Shown here: piece by piece, positions 25,199 through 39,006 of the stretch
How the letters are laid out: each line of letters starts with the position of its first letter
Position numbering within the stretch: the first letter of the stretch is position 1
Assembly (NCBI GenBank): GCA_018398765.1
Contig: JAHBMJ010000201.1
Location: 62,001 to 126,000 of the forward strand
DNA length: 64,000 bases
Source: Chromera velia
Taxonomy: Eukaryota
Reading direction: 5' to 3'
Position numbers and translations under genes: made by a program
Notes under the pieces: generated by a model
The model's input: the letters and a program-made list of their open reading frames with translations, nothing else
Database searches by the model: none
What the model was told of the DNA's origin: nothing

Positions 25199-27287
25199 GG
25201 GCATCGATCTGTAAGGGCACAAACAACAAAACAATGAAGAATGGGCAAGAGAAGAGAAGAGAAGAGAAGAGAAGGAAAGAAAAGGAACAGGAAAGGAAAG
25301 AGAGGCGAGCCTGCAGTGCACGTCGTCGTGTGTATGTGCTGTAGCTGAAAGAACGAACGAACGAACGAACGAGAGATCATTGCGTGCAAGAAGAAGACTG
25401 ACTGTAGATGTGCATCCCTCTTCTCCCTGGCCCGAAGCTTTCTGTTGTCGTGCGTGACGAACCTAGCTGGTAGGTAGATTGAAGAAGAGAAAGAGAAAGG
25501 GCACGAGGCCCCACGCCAACTAGAGAAGAAAGGCGGAAAGAGAGAGACAGAGAATCAATCGCATTGAAGAAATTGAGGAAGTGAATTGGGACCTGCTTGC
25601 ATGGGTTCCGAAGAGCGGGGACCCAGAAAGAAGAAGAAAGAGCAGGATAGATCGGAGGATTATCTGACTGACTGATTTGCTGACTCTTTCTGGTTTTGTT
25701 CTTCTCGACTGCATGTCTTCATTCTATGTACTTCTTGATTTTAGAAATTCGTTCCTCTTTTTTCTTCTCTGTTTGTCCTTTGTGTCCTTCGCCCTCTTTG
25801 GTCCTTTTTTTCTGTCTGGCCATGTCAGGTATTGTTTTGGCATGGCGTTTCTGGTAGCAAGCGCAAAGAAGGAAGGAAGGAAGAGTTCGTCTAGCTCGAT
25901 CTGTCTGCTTGCCACTTTGTGAGTTTGTCGGACCGTCGGATGGATTTCCCTGCTGTCTGTCTTCGTGTCTGTCTGTCCGCCTGCTGCTGTCCAGAGAAGT
26001 CGAAAAGCAGATAGGGAAACAAGAATGAGTAGAGAGGCAGAAATAGATGAGGTGGAAAGCGGCAGGGAGAGAATGAAAGCTCCTTTTCGTCCACTCAGAA
26101 AGATGTGTGTGAAAGAAAAAGAGCGAGAAGTGGGGCCAATCCTAGAAGAGCCGCGATGGGGCAACAAAATCCGAACTTCGGTTGAAGGGCAGAAGACAAA
26201 ATCGTCAGTGGACAGTTGGAAGAAACGAATCAAAAATGGATGTAGAGAGAAACGACACAATGGGAAGAATTTGAGTTGATCAGACATAAGTAGTAGATGC
26301 ACGAGTCACTCACTCATACCCTCCAGACAGGAAGGAGCTGTGAAGTGAAAGATGGAGCGAGGTCGAGTCAATGATGTGAATGACCACAATGACCATCAGT
26401 GAAGGTGATGAGGTCACGGAACGGATGTGAGTCCGTGCAATTACGACTGAACCAGACTGAACTGAATTAAATGATGACTGACGATGGGTCGAGGGAGGGA
26501 AGGAGGGAGGAAAGGATCCTTTGCCCCAAAAAGAAAGAGGAGGGAAGTTGAACTGCATCCGTTCGTCAATTTGCTTTTTCAACCTTCTTTTCCTTTGTGG
26601 TCTCCCTGTCTTCACTCTTGTCTGCCTCTCTCCTCCCGATCCAGAAGAAGAATCTTGCCGGTGCTTGACAGATCCTTCTCTTACTCCAATTGTTGCGAGT
26701 TGCTGGTGCATTTGTGGACGAACAAAAAAAGAAAAGGCAGCGAGGAAGGACGGTGGCAAACGGACAAAAGGTCCGCGCGGGATGGGGGCTACAGAGAAGA
26801 GAAAGAGGGCGAACGGAGGGAGCGAAGGGGCAACACTGATCATTTGACAAGAAATGCGAATGAATCAAAGACGCTTCAAGCCTGTAGAAGATCAACAGAG
26901 AACGAGGCAGGCAGTTTTGTTGATTTGAGCATGGCGGGCATGAGAGAGATGCCTCGTCTCCATTCATTCATTCCCCTTGTTGCTGCTGGTTTCCTTTCTC
27001 TTCCCAACTAAACCTGTTGCTGGTAAGCCAATGGTGTTGAAGGACCCCAGGGAGGAAATTCGAGGCAGGAAGGAAGGAAGAAATAGGCGGCTTCTGAACT
27101 GCAGAAGACAACTGCAGCAAGAGCGCGTGCAGCGTGTACAACAAAAGGAGGTGCGTGTATGTTCGACTGTGTGTGATCGTTTTGTTTGTCCGTTTGTTCT
27201 CTGCCTGCCCCTGGTGCGTGTGCGTATGCGCACGCGCGCTCGCGTGTGTGTGCGTGTGTGCTTCCATGTGTGCGTGCTTGCGCGCGC

Positions 27288-27318
<31 letters not shown>

Positions 27319-30088
27319 ACGGTGCACACAGCAGGCTTCGAACTGTTGAAGGATAGGGCGCCTGTGTGTGGGGCTTGGTGGAGACGTAGAAAGAAAAGAG
27401 CTGAGGTGATTTGGCCCTCCCTCCCACTTTGCGCAAAGCGATGCGGGTGGAAGGAAGCTGGGGGCTGGCTGGCTGCATTGTCGGAGGGAGGGAGGGTGAG
27501 CAGATAGATCCAAAGGACCCACAGACAGAGATGAGGAGAGAGAGAGAGAGAGAGAGAGAGAGCGATGCCCGCGTCGTGTCGTTCTGCACAGAACAGAGCC
27601 GTGAAGGGTTCATGCCAGAGATTCAAACTCACTCGAGTGAAGGAAAGAAAGAAAGAAAGAAAGAAAGAAACCGATGGGGGCACTGCCTGCAAGCAAGTGG
27701 GGGACTCGAGAAGGAGATGAGAAAAAAAAAAGCGAAAAGGGGGGATCGGCAACAGAACCAAATGCTTCACTTAGATCCTCATTCCTTCTTTCATTCATTC
27801 ATTCCTTCATTTATTCATTCATTCATTGACCACTGAGAGTCCCTTCAATAGTCGAAAGGAAACGATGGAAAAGGATTCACGTCGTTTCGAAGAAGTGACA
27901 CACACATCTGCACGTATGCATGGAGAAAGAGGGAGGGAAGCGGGTGAAATCGAACATGTGTAGGTGTATGATTGATCATTCAATGATAGTTTGGCATGCG
28001 TGAATCGTGGGGGCGACTTAGATCCATGCAGGTGGTTTGCATGCGCCCGTGTTTGCGTGTTGTCTCTCATGCGTCTCCGGCGGCTACCTCGGTCTGTGGG
28101 CCACTGTTTGTCTGGTTGGTCGGTCGGTCTGTCGGTCGGCTGGTGGGTGCGTAGGTGCCATCAAGTACCACTACTCTTCTTACTCTATCTTCTCGCCCTC
28201 TCCGCCTTTTTCTCTGATGAATGCTTACGCACTCTCTCATCTCCGTCTGTTTGACAATCAAATATGTTCACTCTTTCTCGTTCGGTTTTCGGTGACCGTC
28301 CGTCTCCTTTTGGTGACCTGGATGGTCTCGTGGAAAACCACTCACTCACTCTTTTTGCCCCTTCCAAATGAGTGTGCATGTCTGCAGTCTCGACTGACCA
28401 TGCAATGCAGGGGAGCGGGGGGAATGAGTAGACGATCCTTCCATCTCTCTCTACACATGCATGGGGTGACATGCATTACTCGATTGGCAAAACAGACAGG
28501 CACTCAGGCAGGCATGTGGAGGAAAAAAGTGCCAAGGGGGAGCGTGAAGCACGCACGTCTCCGCTCATTTATTAATCTTCATCCATGTATCCTTCGGATC
28601 TGCGTGTCTGCGTGCGTCGGTTTTGCCGGGAGGGCGGGCGGTGGGAGAGAGGGGAGAATGGAAGGGGGGCAGTCAGTCGGTGCGTGAAGAGGCAGACAGG
28701 CAGCTGTCTGAGTCCGCGTCTCTCTCTCTGTGCATGTACTCCTATTTCTTTCTAGGCGTCTCAATTAAGGCATCAGAAGCAGAAGGAAGGAAGGAAGGAA
28801 GGACAGAGCTGCATGCACTGCACTGATCTCACTCACTCACTCTGGGAAGATGAGCCGAGAAACGGGGGTAGAGAGAAGATAGATAGAAGTTTTCCCTCCA
28901 CACCAGTCTGTGTCTAGGAGGGTTCTTCCTTCTGTCTCTCTTCCTTCCCTCAATCTTCTGGAAGGCCTCCGGGCCCTTCCCTCCTCATTCATTTACTCAC
29001 TTTCTCTCTGCCGCACTTTTTTTGTACCCATTCATCAGCCTTCGTTCTGTTGGCTAAGTCTCGTGGACTGCTCCCTGCGAGGCGCCCTCTTTCTCTTTCC
29101 TGTCTCCATTTCTTGGTACAACCTGCTTGTTCGACTGTCTTTTCCTATCCCCCAGAGAGACGCTAGGAAAGAGAGTGGGAAGGGGACAGGGTTGGCAGCA
29201 GGAGGGGGGGATCTTCAGGCAATGCACCAATGGAGAAGGAAGGAGGAGAGCGGGGTGGATGGGGGGGTGGAATGCGCCGATTGAGAGAGACGGAGGGGGG
29301 GAAATGCTCCTCTGACGGCTCTTCAAACGGTGCTGGGGGGGGGAAAGGGGGGGGGCTTGGGAAGCAACAAAGTGACCGGTGGACTCGGTGGGGAGGAAGG
29401 GAAGGGACGATTTGTCCTTCCTTCCTCCTTGGTCCCCATTTCTTGTGAATGATTAATTCGAACCTGGGGAGGTGAAGGGGGGGACAGTCAAGAGGGAATG
29501 GTCGAGAAGCGACCTGAATGTAATTCCTAGGAAATGATCATGAAAGAATTCACAAGTGGTGGTCTTCTTTTTGGCGGATTCTGTGTATTTGGGTTTTAGA
29601 AAAGGGAACAGGGACCTGGGTTAAAGGAAATAGGGGGCGGGCTTTGTTTCGGTTTCTTCGGAGAAGGGGGGTAGATCGTTCGATGAGGTGGTAACTTTTT
29701 GGTCTGTCTTTCTTTTTTTCATGTCCTGTTCTTTCTCTCTGCCTGCCTGTCTGCGGACCAGCGTGTTTTCGACTGTCCGTCACACTGATTTTTTCTTTCA
29801 TGGCGTTGTCATGCATGGTGAACTTCCGGCAATCTGAGTGTGGTGCCCTGGAAGCATGTTTTGGTTGCATTTTGGTTAGCCTGCCTGCCTGTTTATGTAA
29901 AAGGCTTTTTGGTTTTTTTGGTTTGGGGAATGGGACTTCTTTCGGGTTGTTCGGATTCAGGCGGGAAGGGAAGAAGTCGCCGTTTGATGACTTTTCTTTT
30001 CTTCCTGCCTGTCTTCTTTTCCTTCATGGCTCTTGGTTGGAGAGAGCGTGTGTATGTGTGTGTGAATGTGTGTGTGTGTGAGTATGAG

Positions 30089-30126
<38 letters not shown>

Positions 30127-32315
30127 TGCGTGTGAGTGAGTGAGTGTGTGTGTATGTGTGTGTGTATTGGATTTCAAACCAACAGAACGAGCAAATAAGA
30201 ACAAGTAATTGACCAAATGACTTTGATTCTTGAACTTCCTTCGGTGTCTGAAAAAAGGGCCCCGCAAGCATTTGCTTGGCAAGCACGATTGGAGGGGAGA
30301 CCCTGCCTCACCCCTCTCTGTTCTGTTCAGTTCTCTTTTGTTCTGTCTTCACGCGCAGCGATAAGCTGCATCCCCGCCCAAGCAGTGTTGGATAGACCCA
30401 TGCAGTTTTTTTTTTCTTCCTTCCACTTTTTCAAACGAAAGGCACCCCCCCAAACAGGCAGGCTGACAGGGGGCGACGGCAGATCGAGGAGAAAGACTTC
30501 TTCTCTGTCCTCGTGCCTGCTTACTTTTTTTTGTTTCCGTCTTGATCTGTATCTTGCATCATCTAATTTGCCGGTCTCGGTGATCGGCCACTCAATCAAT
30601 GACTGAATCAATCAGCCTGCTTTCGATCTCTCTGCCTTTGCCCCTCATTGCACGATCCTCTTCCTTTCCCCCCCTATTTTCTTCAAAGACAGTCGGTGAG
30701 AGGTGGGAGGGTACAAGAGATCGATTACTTGCTCGGATGGTTCATCGATGGATGGAGTGTTTTTTCGTTCTCTTTTGTTTTTTGGTGAAGTGACAGAAAT
30801 CTTCTGTCAGCGACGCGACGGCGGTGCAACAATGACACGTTTTTGAGTATGAAAGCGGTGTTCGACCATCAGCAGAAGAAGGCACAAACAAACGCCCCGA
30901 GGGGGGCGGCATGTGGACGTCGAGAGAGAAAGGCGGAAGAATGGAATCTTCTTTTCTTTTCTTTTGTTTTTCGTGAAGAAGGGACCGGACAGGAGTACTC
31001 GAGGCGGATGTGCGTTGAAGGAAGGAAAGGGGGGGGAACGTGACGGTTGCGGGCCATAAAACCAAGAAGACCAGCAGGCTCTACACAGACCAGTCCAAAT
31101 GAAAACCAAAGAGAGCCTTTTCTCAAACTAATTCGCAGAGAGAAAGACATTTCACGAGAAGGGGGAAGAGAGTCACATGCAGAAAGGAGCGAGACGCTGT
31201 TGGGCTGCCTTACCTTCCCTCTCTTTCCTCTTGGACCCTTTACACCACTTCCTTTTGAATCTCTTCTGTAAGCCGCCGAAACTCTGTAAGCAGAAAGAAA
31301 GAAGCAGGGAGAAAAAGAGGGTGCAACAAAGGACCCTAAAAAATGCAGGGTGCGAGGGATCGAATGGATCTGCGAGGGGTGGGCGTGTCGGATCGACCAA
31401 TGTAAAAAGCAAGCGGCCGGTGCATGTGTGGCTGGTGTAACAACAACATGGCGTCAACTTCGTGCAATGTTCGTTTCTGTTCTTTCTGTCGTGGTGGTTC
31501 TGTTGTGCTCTGTTTGTTTGTGTGCCTGCGACAGAGGTGTCTGCTTTCGAACACCTGATTTGCGTCCCCCCACCTCTCCATCCCTCTCTCCTTTTCGCTC
31601 GCGTTCCTTTTTTTCTCCTTTGCTCGAAGGAAGGAAAGAATAACTTCACCTGACTTTCTCCCGACCAAAACGTTTTGCCTCCCCCCTTACGCCCTGCCTC
31701 GATGGGTGAGTTTGTGTGACCCTCGCAAATTGTCTGTCGGTCTTTCTGCCTGTGCGCGTCTTTGGCCGTTTGTTTGTCTCATGCTCGTCTGCATCTGTGT
31801 CGCAAAGAAATGAAATTCACGAAACATGTGCGCAGGAACGGATCTCTGGGTAACTCCAGGAGTGGATGTTTGCTTGGCTGTGCGTGACTTTCCGATTGAT
31901 CTGTCTCGCTCGACTTTTAAGTGCCGGTGCATGTCCATTTCCTTGCTTGTCGTTTCGTGAATGTATTCAATCAAATGAGAAAGCGAATTCAAACCACCAA
32001 TCCTTCAATTGTGAGGATCGAAAGACTGCGTGCACGTTCAGCTCAATCGATCGGTGTAGCGTTGATCCACTGCCATGAAGACAAATCTTGAAAGCACGAT
32101 TTCTCGGCATGGCTGGACATTGAAGTGTCCAACATGAAACACTTAAAACCGGAAAGGAATCAGACCACCAAATCAAACAGACTGACTCGTAGGGGAACTT
32201 ATGAAATTAGCTTAAGATGGAAAATAAAATCAAGTAAAATCAGATTAAATCCCGGATACAGCAGCAAACAATATGTAAGTTAGATTATAAATAGTTTCGA
32301 CTAAAGTAGACTAGC

Positions 32316-32588
32316 TAAGCCCTGCACTAGCTAAATAAAAAAAGAAAAGAAAAAAAAGTTTTGCTAGTTTCTTTATTATTATTTATATCGACTCAGGCTA
32401 GATAACAGTTATTTTTCATGCAACACTCCCTGCTAGTTACTGCAACACTGATATAATACCTAGTACAATACTTAACGAACAGTTGTTTAGTTTATCTAGT
32501 TAAAGGGGTAAAAAATAAAAAAAAAAATAGATATAAAAATTGAGGTTTTCTTAGTTTTTTCTTATTTATTTATCTAGTGCACAGCCTA
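32316..32588. mobile_element. Degenerate MITE/foldback (273 bp) with candidate 10-bp TSD
   Basis: TAAGCCCTGCACTAGCTAAATAAA vs reverse complement of the right end TAGGCTGTGCACTAGATAAATAAA (20/24); flanks GTAGACTAGC (32306-32315) and ATAGACTAGC (32589-32598). Confidence 0.55.
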
Positions 32589-32835
32589 ATAGACTAGCTA
32601 GTACAGTTTCAGTAACGTGGTGTTTGACGTTGTATTTTAAGAACTGCATACCCGTTTGTGAGTATCAATGCGCAATTAATTCGTTTTCCCTCATTTAAAA
32701 ATCTAATGTACATAAAATATGTGATAGGTTAAGTGATCATATGATAAGTGATTTAATGGTGCTGTAGACCACTGTCGCCGTTTTGTCTTTTGGAGGCACC
32801 CCCGCAAACGGCACAAGCACGCAATACACATAGTG

Positions 32836-32943
32836 TCACATACATACGCAGACACACACATACCTACATACTAATATATACTTACATATACACACAGACA
32901 GACAGACATACAGACAGGCATACAGACAGACAGACAGACAGAC

Positions 32944-32984
<41 letters not shown>

Positions 32985-33016
32985 CGTCTTTTCTTTTCCT
33001 TTTCCTCTTTCTTCAC

Positions 33017-33070
<54 letters not shown>

Positions 33071-33397
33071 TAGATCGCCTTTTCTTTTCCTTTTCCTCTT
33101 TCTTCACACAGGCAGACAGACAGACCGACAGACAGACTATATGTTTCTTCTTCTTCTCCCTCCTTTTCTTCATGAACACAACAGACAAAAAGAAAGAAAG
33201 AACAAAGACAAAAGAACAGCACCAACAATCAAAGAGCGTGGGCAGGGTGCCCGAAAGGTGAGAGTTAAGTGCCCCTTACCTCTCCACCGCCCGACAGACT
33301 TTCACGAGATCACTGGTTTCACACGCTACTCCTCTGCTGCTTCCACTTAAGACAAGAAAGAGAAGAAAAGAAGACAAGACAAGAAAAACCAAGACAC

Positions 33398-33446
<49 letters not shown>

Positions 33447-33476
33447 TAGACAGACACACACACACACACACATACA

Positions 33477-33513
<37 letters not shown>

Positions 33514-33567
33514 ACACGCACACACACAGACACACAGACACCAGACACACACACACACACACTCACG

Positions 33568-33625
<58 letters not shown>

Positions 33626-33687
33626 CACAGAGACAGGCACACAGACAGACAGACAGACAGACAGACAGAAAGACAGACAGAAAGACA

Positions 33688-33722
<35 letters not shown>

Positions 33723-33763
33723 ACACCTATACACACACACACCTATACACACACACACACACC

Positions 33764-33832
<69 letters not shown>

Positions 33833-33996
33833 ATACACATACACACACCCACATACACATACACACACACGCGCACACACACATACACACACATACACAC
33901 ACACACACATACACACACATACACACACAGACACACAGACACACTCACACACACACACACACTCACACACACACGCATACATATGCACACACACAC
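32836..33996. repeat. Compound (CAGA)n/(CA)n/(GA)n array with a duplicated ~91-bp unit
   Basis: Directly visible; AGATCGYCTTTTCTTTTCCTTTTCCTCTTTCTTCACACA at ~32981 and ~33072. Confidence 0.95.
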
Positions 33997-34644
33997 TTAC
34001 TCCCGCAAACGTCTCGTCCCCGCCCTGTCGGCGTTCCCAACCCATCCGTTTCCGTCCGCTCCGCCCGAATCAGACAGAGTGGGTGGGGGAGCCCACATCC
34101 GTCCGCCTTCAGGGACAGCAGACAGCCAGGCTTTCCCCCTAACTTCTGAAGCAAGCTCGACGTCGGCTGACTCCGTTGTCAATCAAAAAGCTTAACGCGG
34201 AGTCTCTCACGAAAAGAGGTTTGTCCTGTGCTGAAGAGGACGAACGAGCAAGCAAAAGAGTTGAACAACGAAGACATCCGTAAAACTTAGGGTGTACATC
34301 GGTCGCCAAGACAAACGGCGCGCGATTCGCAGCAAAACTGCATTCGCTCAGGAAACGTTCCGAAAAAATCTCCCGTCGCTCTGACTCTATCCGTGTTCGG
34401 AAGAGGTCAATAGAAGACGAATAAGTGACTGTGTGCAACAGTTTTTCATTCAGATCGAGGATATATATAGAGGCATGGGGTTCGACGCGGTATAGCGAAT
34501 GCATGCATGCATGCGGATCGAAGTGCGAACTCTCGAAGAGAATTTCGTATCGCCTCAGTATAGCTTTTTTGAAAGAAAAAAAAAAAAAAAGAGAAAAAAA
34601 TGCGCAAAAAAACAACTTGAATCTATAGCTGCGTAAAACTCAAA

Positions 34645-34794
34645 CTTGAACCATACTTGAACCATATACTTGAACCACAAAGCATGGAATTACATGTAGG
34701 TCAGTCAAATCGTGCATGCAGGTCAGTCAAATCGTGCAATCACATACTCGAAATCGTGCATGCAGGTCAGTCAAATCGTGCAATCACATACTCG
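34645..34794. repeat. Upstream tandem repeats: ACTTGAACCA x3 and an exact 44-bp duplication containing TGCATGCA
   Basis: AAATCGTGCATGCAGGTCAGTCAAATCGTGCAATCACATACTCG at 34707-34750 and 34751-34794. Confidence 0.9.
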
Positions 34795-34974
34795 AATCAC
34801 CCATTTGAAGGACAGCCGGTCCTGTCTTCTTCTTTCACACGAGTGTTTCACTTGCTTCTCTGTTTCCATTTTCAGTGAGACGTGCATCTCGATCTGTCGT
34901 GGGAGCTTCAAACAAGCAGCAGCAAGGGCGTTTTGCGTTGTGTGCGGTTGCACAGTATTCTGTTGTTCTTCGAG

Positions 34975-36023
34975 ATGCCGGACCCCATCACCGCAATAGC
35001 CGTCGGTGGCGCTTTGCTCCAGGTATGGCAGACCTTTGAGTTGGCGTTGTCGACGAAGGAGCATCTGGAGCAAGTTTCGGAAATGAATCTGTGGAATGAC
35101 GAGGAGCGCAAAACTCTTTGCCGGGAACTGAGTGACCTGCTCTCTGCCTGGAAGCTGGCACTCCACAGAGCTACTTTGCTCCTTCTTAGACACGGCAAGG
35201 GAATGTTTGTCGTGCACTCGCCTGCCCTAGAAGCAGCCATTGCCCAGTCGAAAGACTACGCGGAAAGGTTCCAGGGGGTTGTGGGGGCTCTGACGAGGGG
35301 GAGCAACGCCTCAGTGATGGAGGATGCATGGAAAGTTGCACGGAGTGCGACGGAGAAGGAGCAGTCCCTCAAAATGGAGACGTCCCTCTTCCTTCAGATG
35401 TGCACCGCAACCATGGCTGCCGAGTGCTGTCTCCAGCGAAGGTCCAGGTGCTTCTGGACAGCGACGGTCAGCGCGTGCATTCATGCCTGTATGCTTGTAT
35501 GGTGATGGGTCACTCATATTCATGTACTGAAGCTTGTTGGCGTAGTGTTACAGGAATTTTCCAGCAGTTTTCCTTCCAAAACGTGCGCTGCTTGACTCAG
35601 GAGAGCACACGTCCTATGAGGTGCAATCCCAGAGGAGAGCAAGTGTGTGTATATCGAGGAATTTATCAGAACTCAAAGAGTCTTGTATGACTGGCAGAGA
35701 AATCAGTTCGGTCCACGATGATTTGAAATGCCCGCTGGCTAGCTCTTCACCCGCCTTGGCTCTGTCTGTTCTCTCTTCCTGCCTTCAGAGATCTCGATCC
35801 GCTCTCGTTCGGGAGCTGTATGCCTCCATTCCCCTCTCTCGTTTCCCTCCTCACTGTATGCATGTGATGTATGTATGTATGTGTGTGTGTGTGTGTGCGT
35901 GCGTGTGTGTATGTGTGCGTACGTGCGTGCGCGCGCGCGCGCGTGTGCGTGTGTGTGTCTAGGTGTGTGTGTGTGTGTGTGTGTGGGTTCACGTGTGTGT
36001 GTGTGGGTTCACGTGTGTGGGTT

Positions 36024-36059
<36 letters not shown>

Positions 36060-36659
36060 GATCCATGCTGAGAATACTGCAGTGTGGGCGACCGCTGGTA
36101 GGGGATACCTGGATCCCCACGCGTTTGTTGTTTTTTCCTGCTTTGCTCGGAGGAGAATGCTTCACGGCCCGCGAAATGTTTGGCTAGCGGTCGGAGTCTC
36201 TTTCGGGAGCCGATTGTGCTTTGTGGTGCATCCAAGACACTCAGGCACTGTCGGTTTCTCTTGCAACCCATCGATGCCAGCATTTGTTCATTTCACACGA
36301 GGGGGGTTCAAAATAAGAGGGGAAAAAGTGGGAAAATTGGCGAGGGAGCTTCGAAACGCGACAGGACTGCCATATGAGACCTTCGATAGACTGTATGAGT
36401 TTACCACAGCAACAGAATGTTTCCAGGTCGTCCCCATGCACAGAAACTCGCGTTTTACCCAGGAGAGCAGCGAAGCACTCCTGTTGCAACTGGCAAGTGT
36501 TGACCAAGTACTTGTCAAGAGCGGTGGGTGGTGCATGAGTTTTGCGTTATCCTTTTCACCAGCTCTGCTCAACAATTCTGCCAGCACTTTCTGCACTTCC
36601 TTCACTCTTGCTTTCCTTTTCCGCTGGTTGATTCTTGCTGTGTTTCTGTTGAGATGTTC

Positions 36660-36732
<73 letters not shown>

Positions 36733-36823
36733 CGACAGACAGACAGAGAAAGAGAAAGAGAAAGAGAAAGAGAGAGAGAGAGAGAGAGAGAAGGAAAGAA
36801 AGAAAGAAAAAAAGAAAGACGGA

Positions 36824-36855
<32 letters not shown>

Positions 36856-36856
36856 G

Positions 36857-36897
<41 letters not shown>

Positions 36898-36936
36898 AAC
36901 AGAGAGAGAGAGAAACAGAGAGAGAGAGAGAGAGAG

Positions 36937-36971
<35 letters not shown>

Positions 36972-36975
36972 AAAA

Positions 36976-37007
<32 letters not shown>

Positions 37008-37010
37008 GAG

Positions 37011-37092
<82 letters not shown>

Positions 37093-38776
37093 ACGCACGC
37101 GTCTTGATGCAGGACGTTCCAATCTGCATCAGTCCGGCCTCCTTCAGAATTCGTCTTCTCTCTGTGTGTATGATCAACTTGGGGTGGGAACGTCTTCTTG
37201 GGGCTTTTCCGTCTGTCGGTCAGTCGTCAATTGTATCTCAGACATTTGTTTGTGCCTGCAGGCAGAGCTCAGTCAGTTTGGTTTTTCATTCGGTGGTTTT
37301 GGACAAGTGCAGGACAGGGAAAGCAAGATTCCATGGCAAGCTTGATGATCAAATTGATTCGAATACACATTTCAATGATCGATGAAGAGCGAATCGAGAC
37401 CGATGCAGAGGATGACAGCGACTGGCCGTGCACTGGTAATTGAATGGGTGATTGATTGTTTCATTCATCTGTGTGTTGTGCGTTTGATGCATCAATGCTG
37501 CTTACAGAGTGGACAAAACTCCCTTTTGAGACAAGAAGACTGATCACGCAGAACCTCCAGAAGATTGACGATTGCTGGAAGCTCGAGGTAGCTCTCGTTG
37601 ACTCGGAAAAAACCTTTCGGGACTCATTGCACAGACAGGAAGATGACCGGAACTTAGGAAATAGTGGTGCTCTTTTTGTGTCGATGCTCCATTTCTCCTT
37701 TGTCATCTCACTTCCGTCTGTCGAGCAAGTGTGTGAATGGACTACTATATCTTTGCTTTGGTTTTGGGGGGGGAAAGATCATCGTCATCCTGACCGGTCT
37801 TTTCACGCTTCTTGGCTCAACCCAAGAGGAGCGGTAGTGAAGTTATTCTGGAGGAAAGTCACCCTCCTTCTCTTCTCTTCTCTGTTTTGCTTGAAGATGC
37901 GCATGGCGGCTCGTTAATTCTTCAATCGAACCTAATGATATTTGTGTGCAGGAAGAAGACGAGAAGAGAGACGAAGAGGACGGAGACGACGTGCAAGGTG
38001 AGGCTTGCTATTTTTTGCCACACACGCTCCCGTCAGCTTTCCCTTAGAGTCGAATCAGATGCCCCCTCAGAACCCTTAGGCTTCTGGATGTTAGGATGAT
38101 ACTTGAGAAGCAAAAAGGGCTCTTTGCTTTTAATTTTTCTGCTGTCCACAGATGGCCACATACTGCTACTCCATATGACTTTCTGGTTGGCTTTCGTGGA
38201 TTGACTGAAGCATGCTTATCAAGCGTTCCGTTGTCCTATTCTGTCGTTCCTTGGGTCAGCATTGCACTTTATCATCAAAGCGCTTTCGCGTTCTTTTGCC
38301 TGTGCAGAAAGCAAGGGGATTAGATGTCCACCAGTAGGCGGAGTCGGGCAGCTGACCAAGAACAAAATGAAGTGAGTGAATTTATTCTCTTTTTCTGGCC
38401 AGAGGAATGTTTTGGGGGGCCTGAATGTAGAGCAGACAAAGAGAGAACGCCACCTCGCGCTTGAGCTATACCTTTTGTAGTGACATCCTTGAAGTTTTCT
38501 CTGTTTTCCTACTCACACCCTTGGCATCATCGATTCCCTCACATATTTGCTGATTTCGGGACGCTCCACAATGAATGCAATATGCAGTACGGTAGACGAA
38601 CGAAGATCGAGTATGGCTTCCGCCTCAACCAAATGCACGGGCACTTCGGGAGTGCCTGCTTTCGGCACAATGACAAGCCAGGGATCTTTCAGGTCTGTGC
38701 ATCGACCCAGACAGAAAGTCGCTTCCCCTTGAACCTTCGAATGGCAAAGATGGGTTTCAAATACAACTACCTTTAG
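34975..38776 (+). CDS. Multi-exon hypothetical protein with N-terminal helical domain (HeLo-like/SesA-like, tentative); internal exon structure only partly resolved
   Basis: First exon [21 protein letters not shown]...; further coding-like GT-AG segments near 35555, 36290-36522, 37113-37189, 37262, 37508-37587, 37952-37997, 38308-38370 and 38550-38776. I could not phase all junctions. Confidence 0.6.
36662..37090. repeat. Intronic (TG)n-(AG)n-(AAAG)n microsatellite
   Basis: Directly visible. Confidence 0.95.
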
Positions 38777-38802
38777 AATTCTGAAAAAGACCTAGGCTGT
38801 CC

Positions 38803-38969
38803 TCAAACTGCTAAAGGAGTTTTGGACGGCCTGCTGTCCAGCTGGAGAGAAGCGTCCGTGCACATTCCCCCCCCCCTCTCGTTCTCTTCCGTCGGCCTGT
38901 TCTTTCTCTTTCTTGCAACTTCGGAACTCCACGGTCATTTCGTTCTCCTTCGACAACTCTGCGACAACT

Positions 38970-39006
<37 letters not shown>

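Noticed and set aside
32790..34195. TDRQ/HT-repeat ORFs
   Set aside because: Microsatellite translations.
34698..34794. CRISPR-like repeat array
   Set aside because: No unique spacers, eukaryotic context, no cas genes; simple tandem duplication.
35875..37345. 410-aa and 227-aa ORFs with ERKK repeats
   Set aside because: Read-through of intronic TG/AG/AAAG repeats; only short parts are likely exons.
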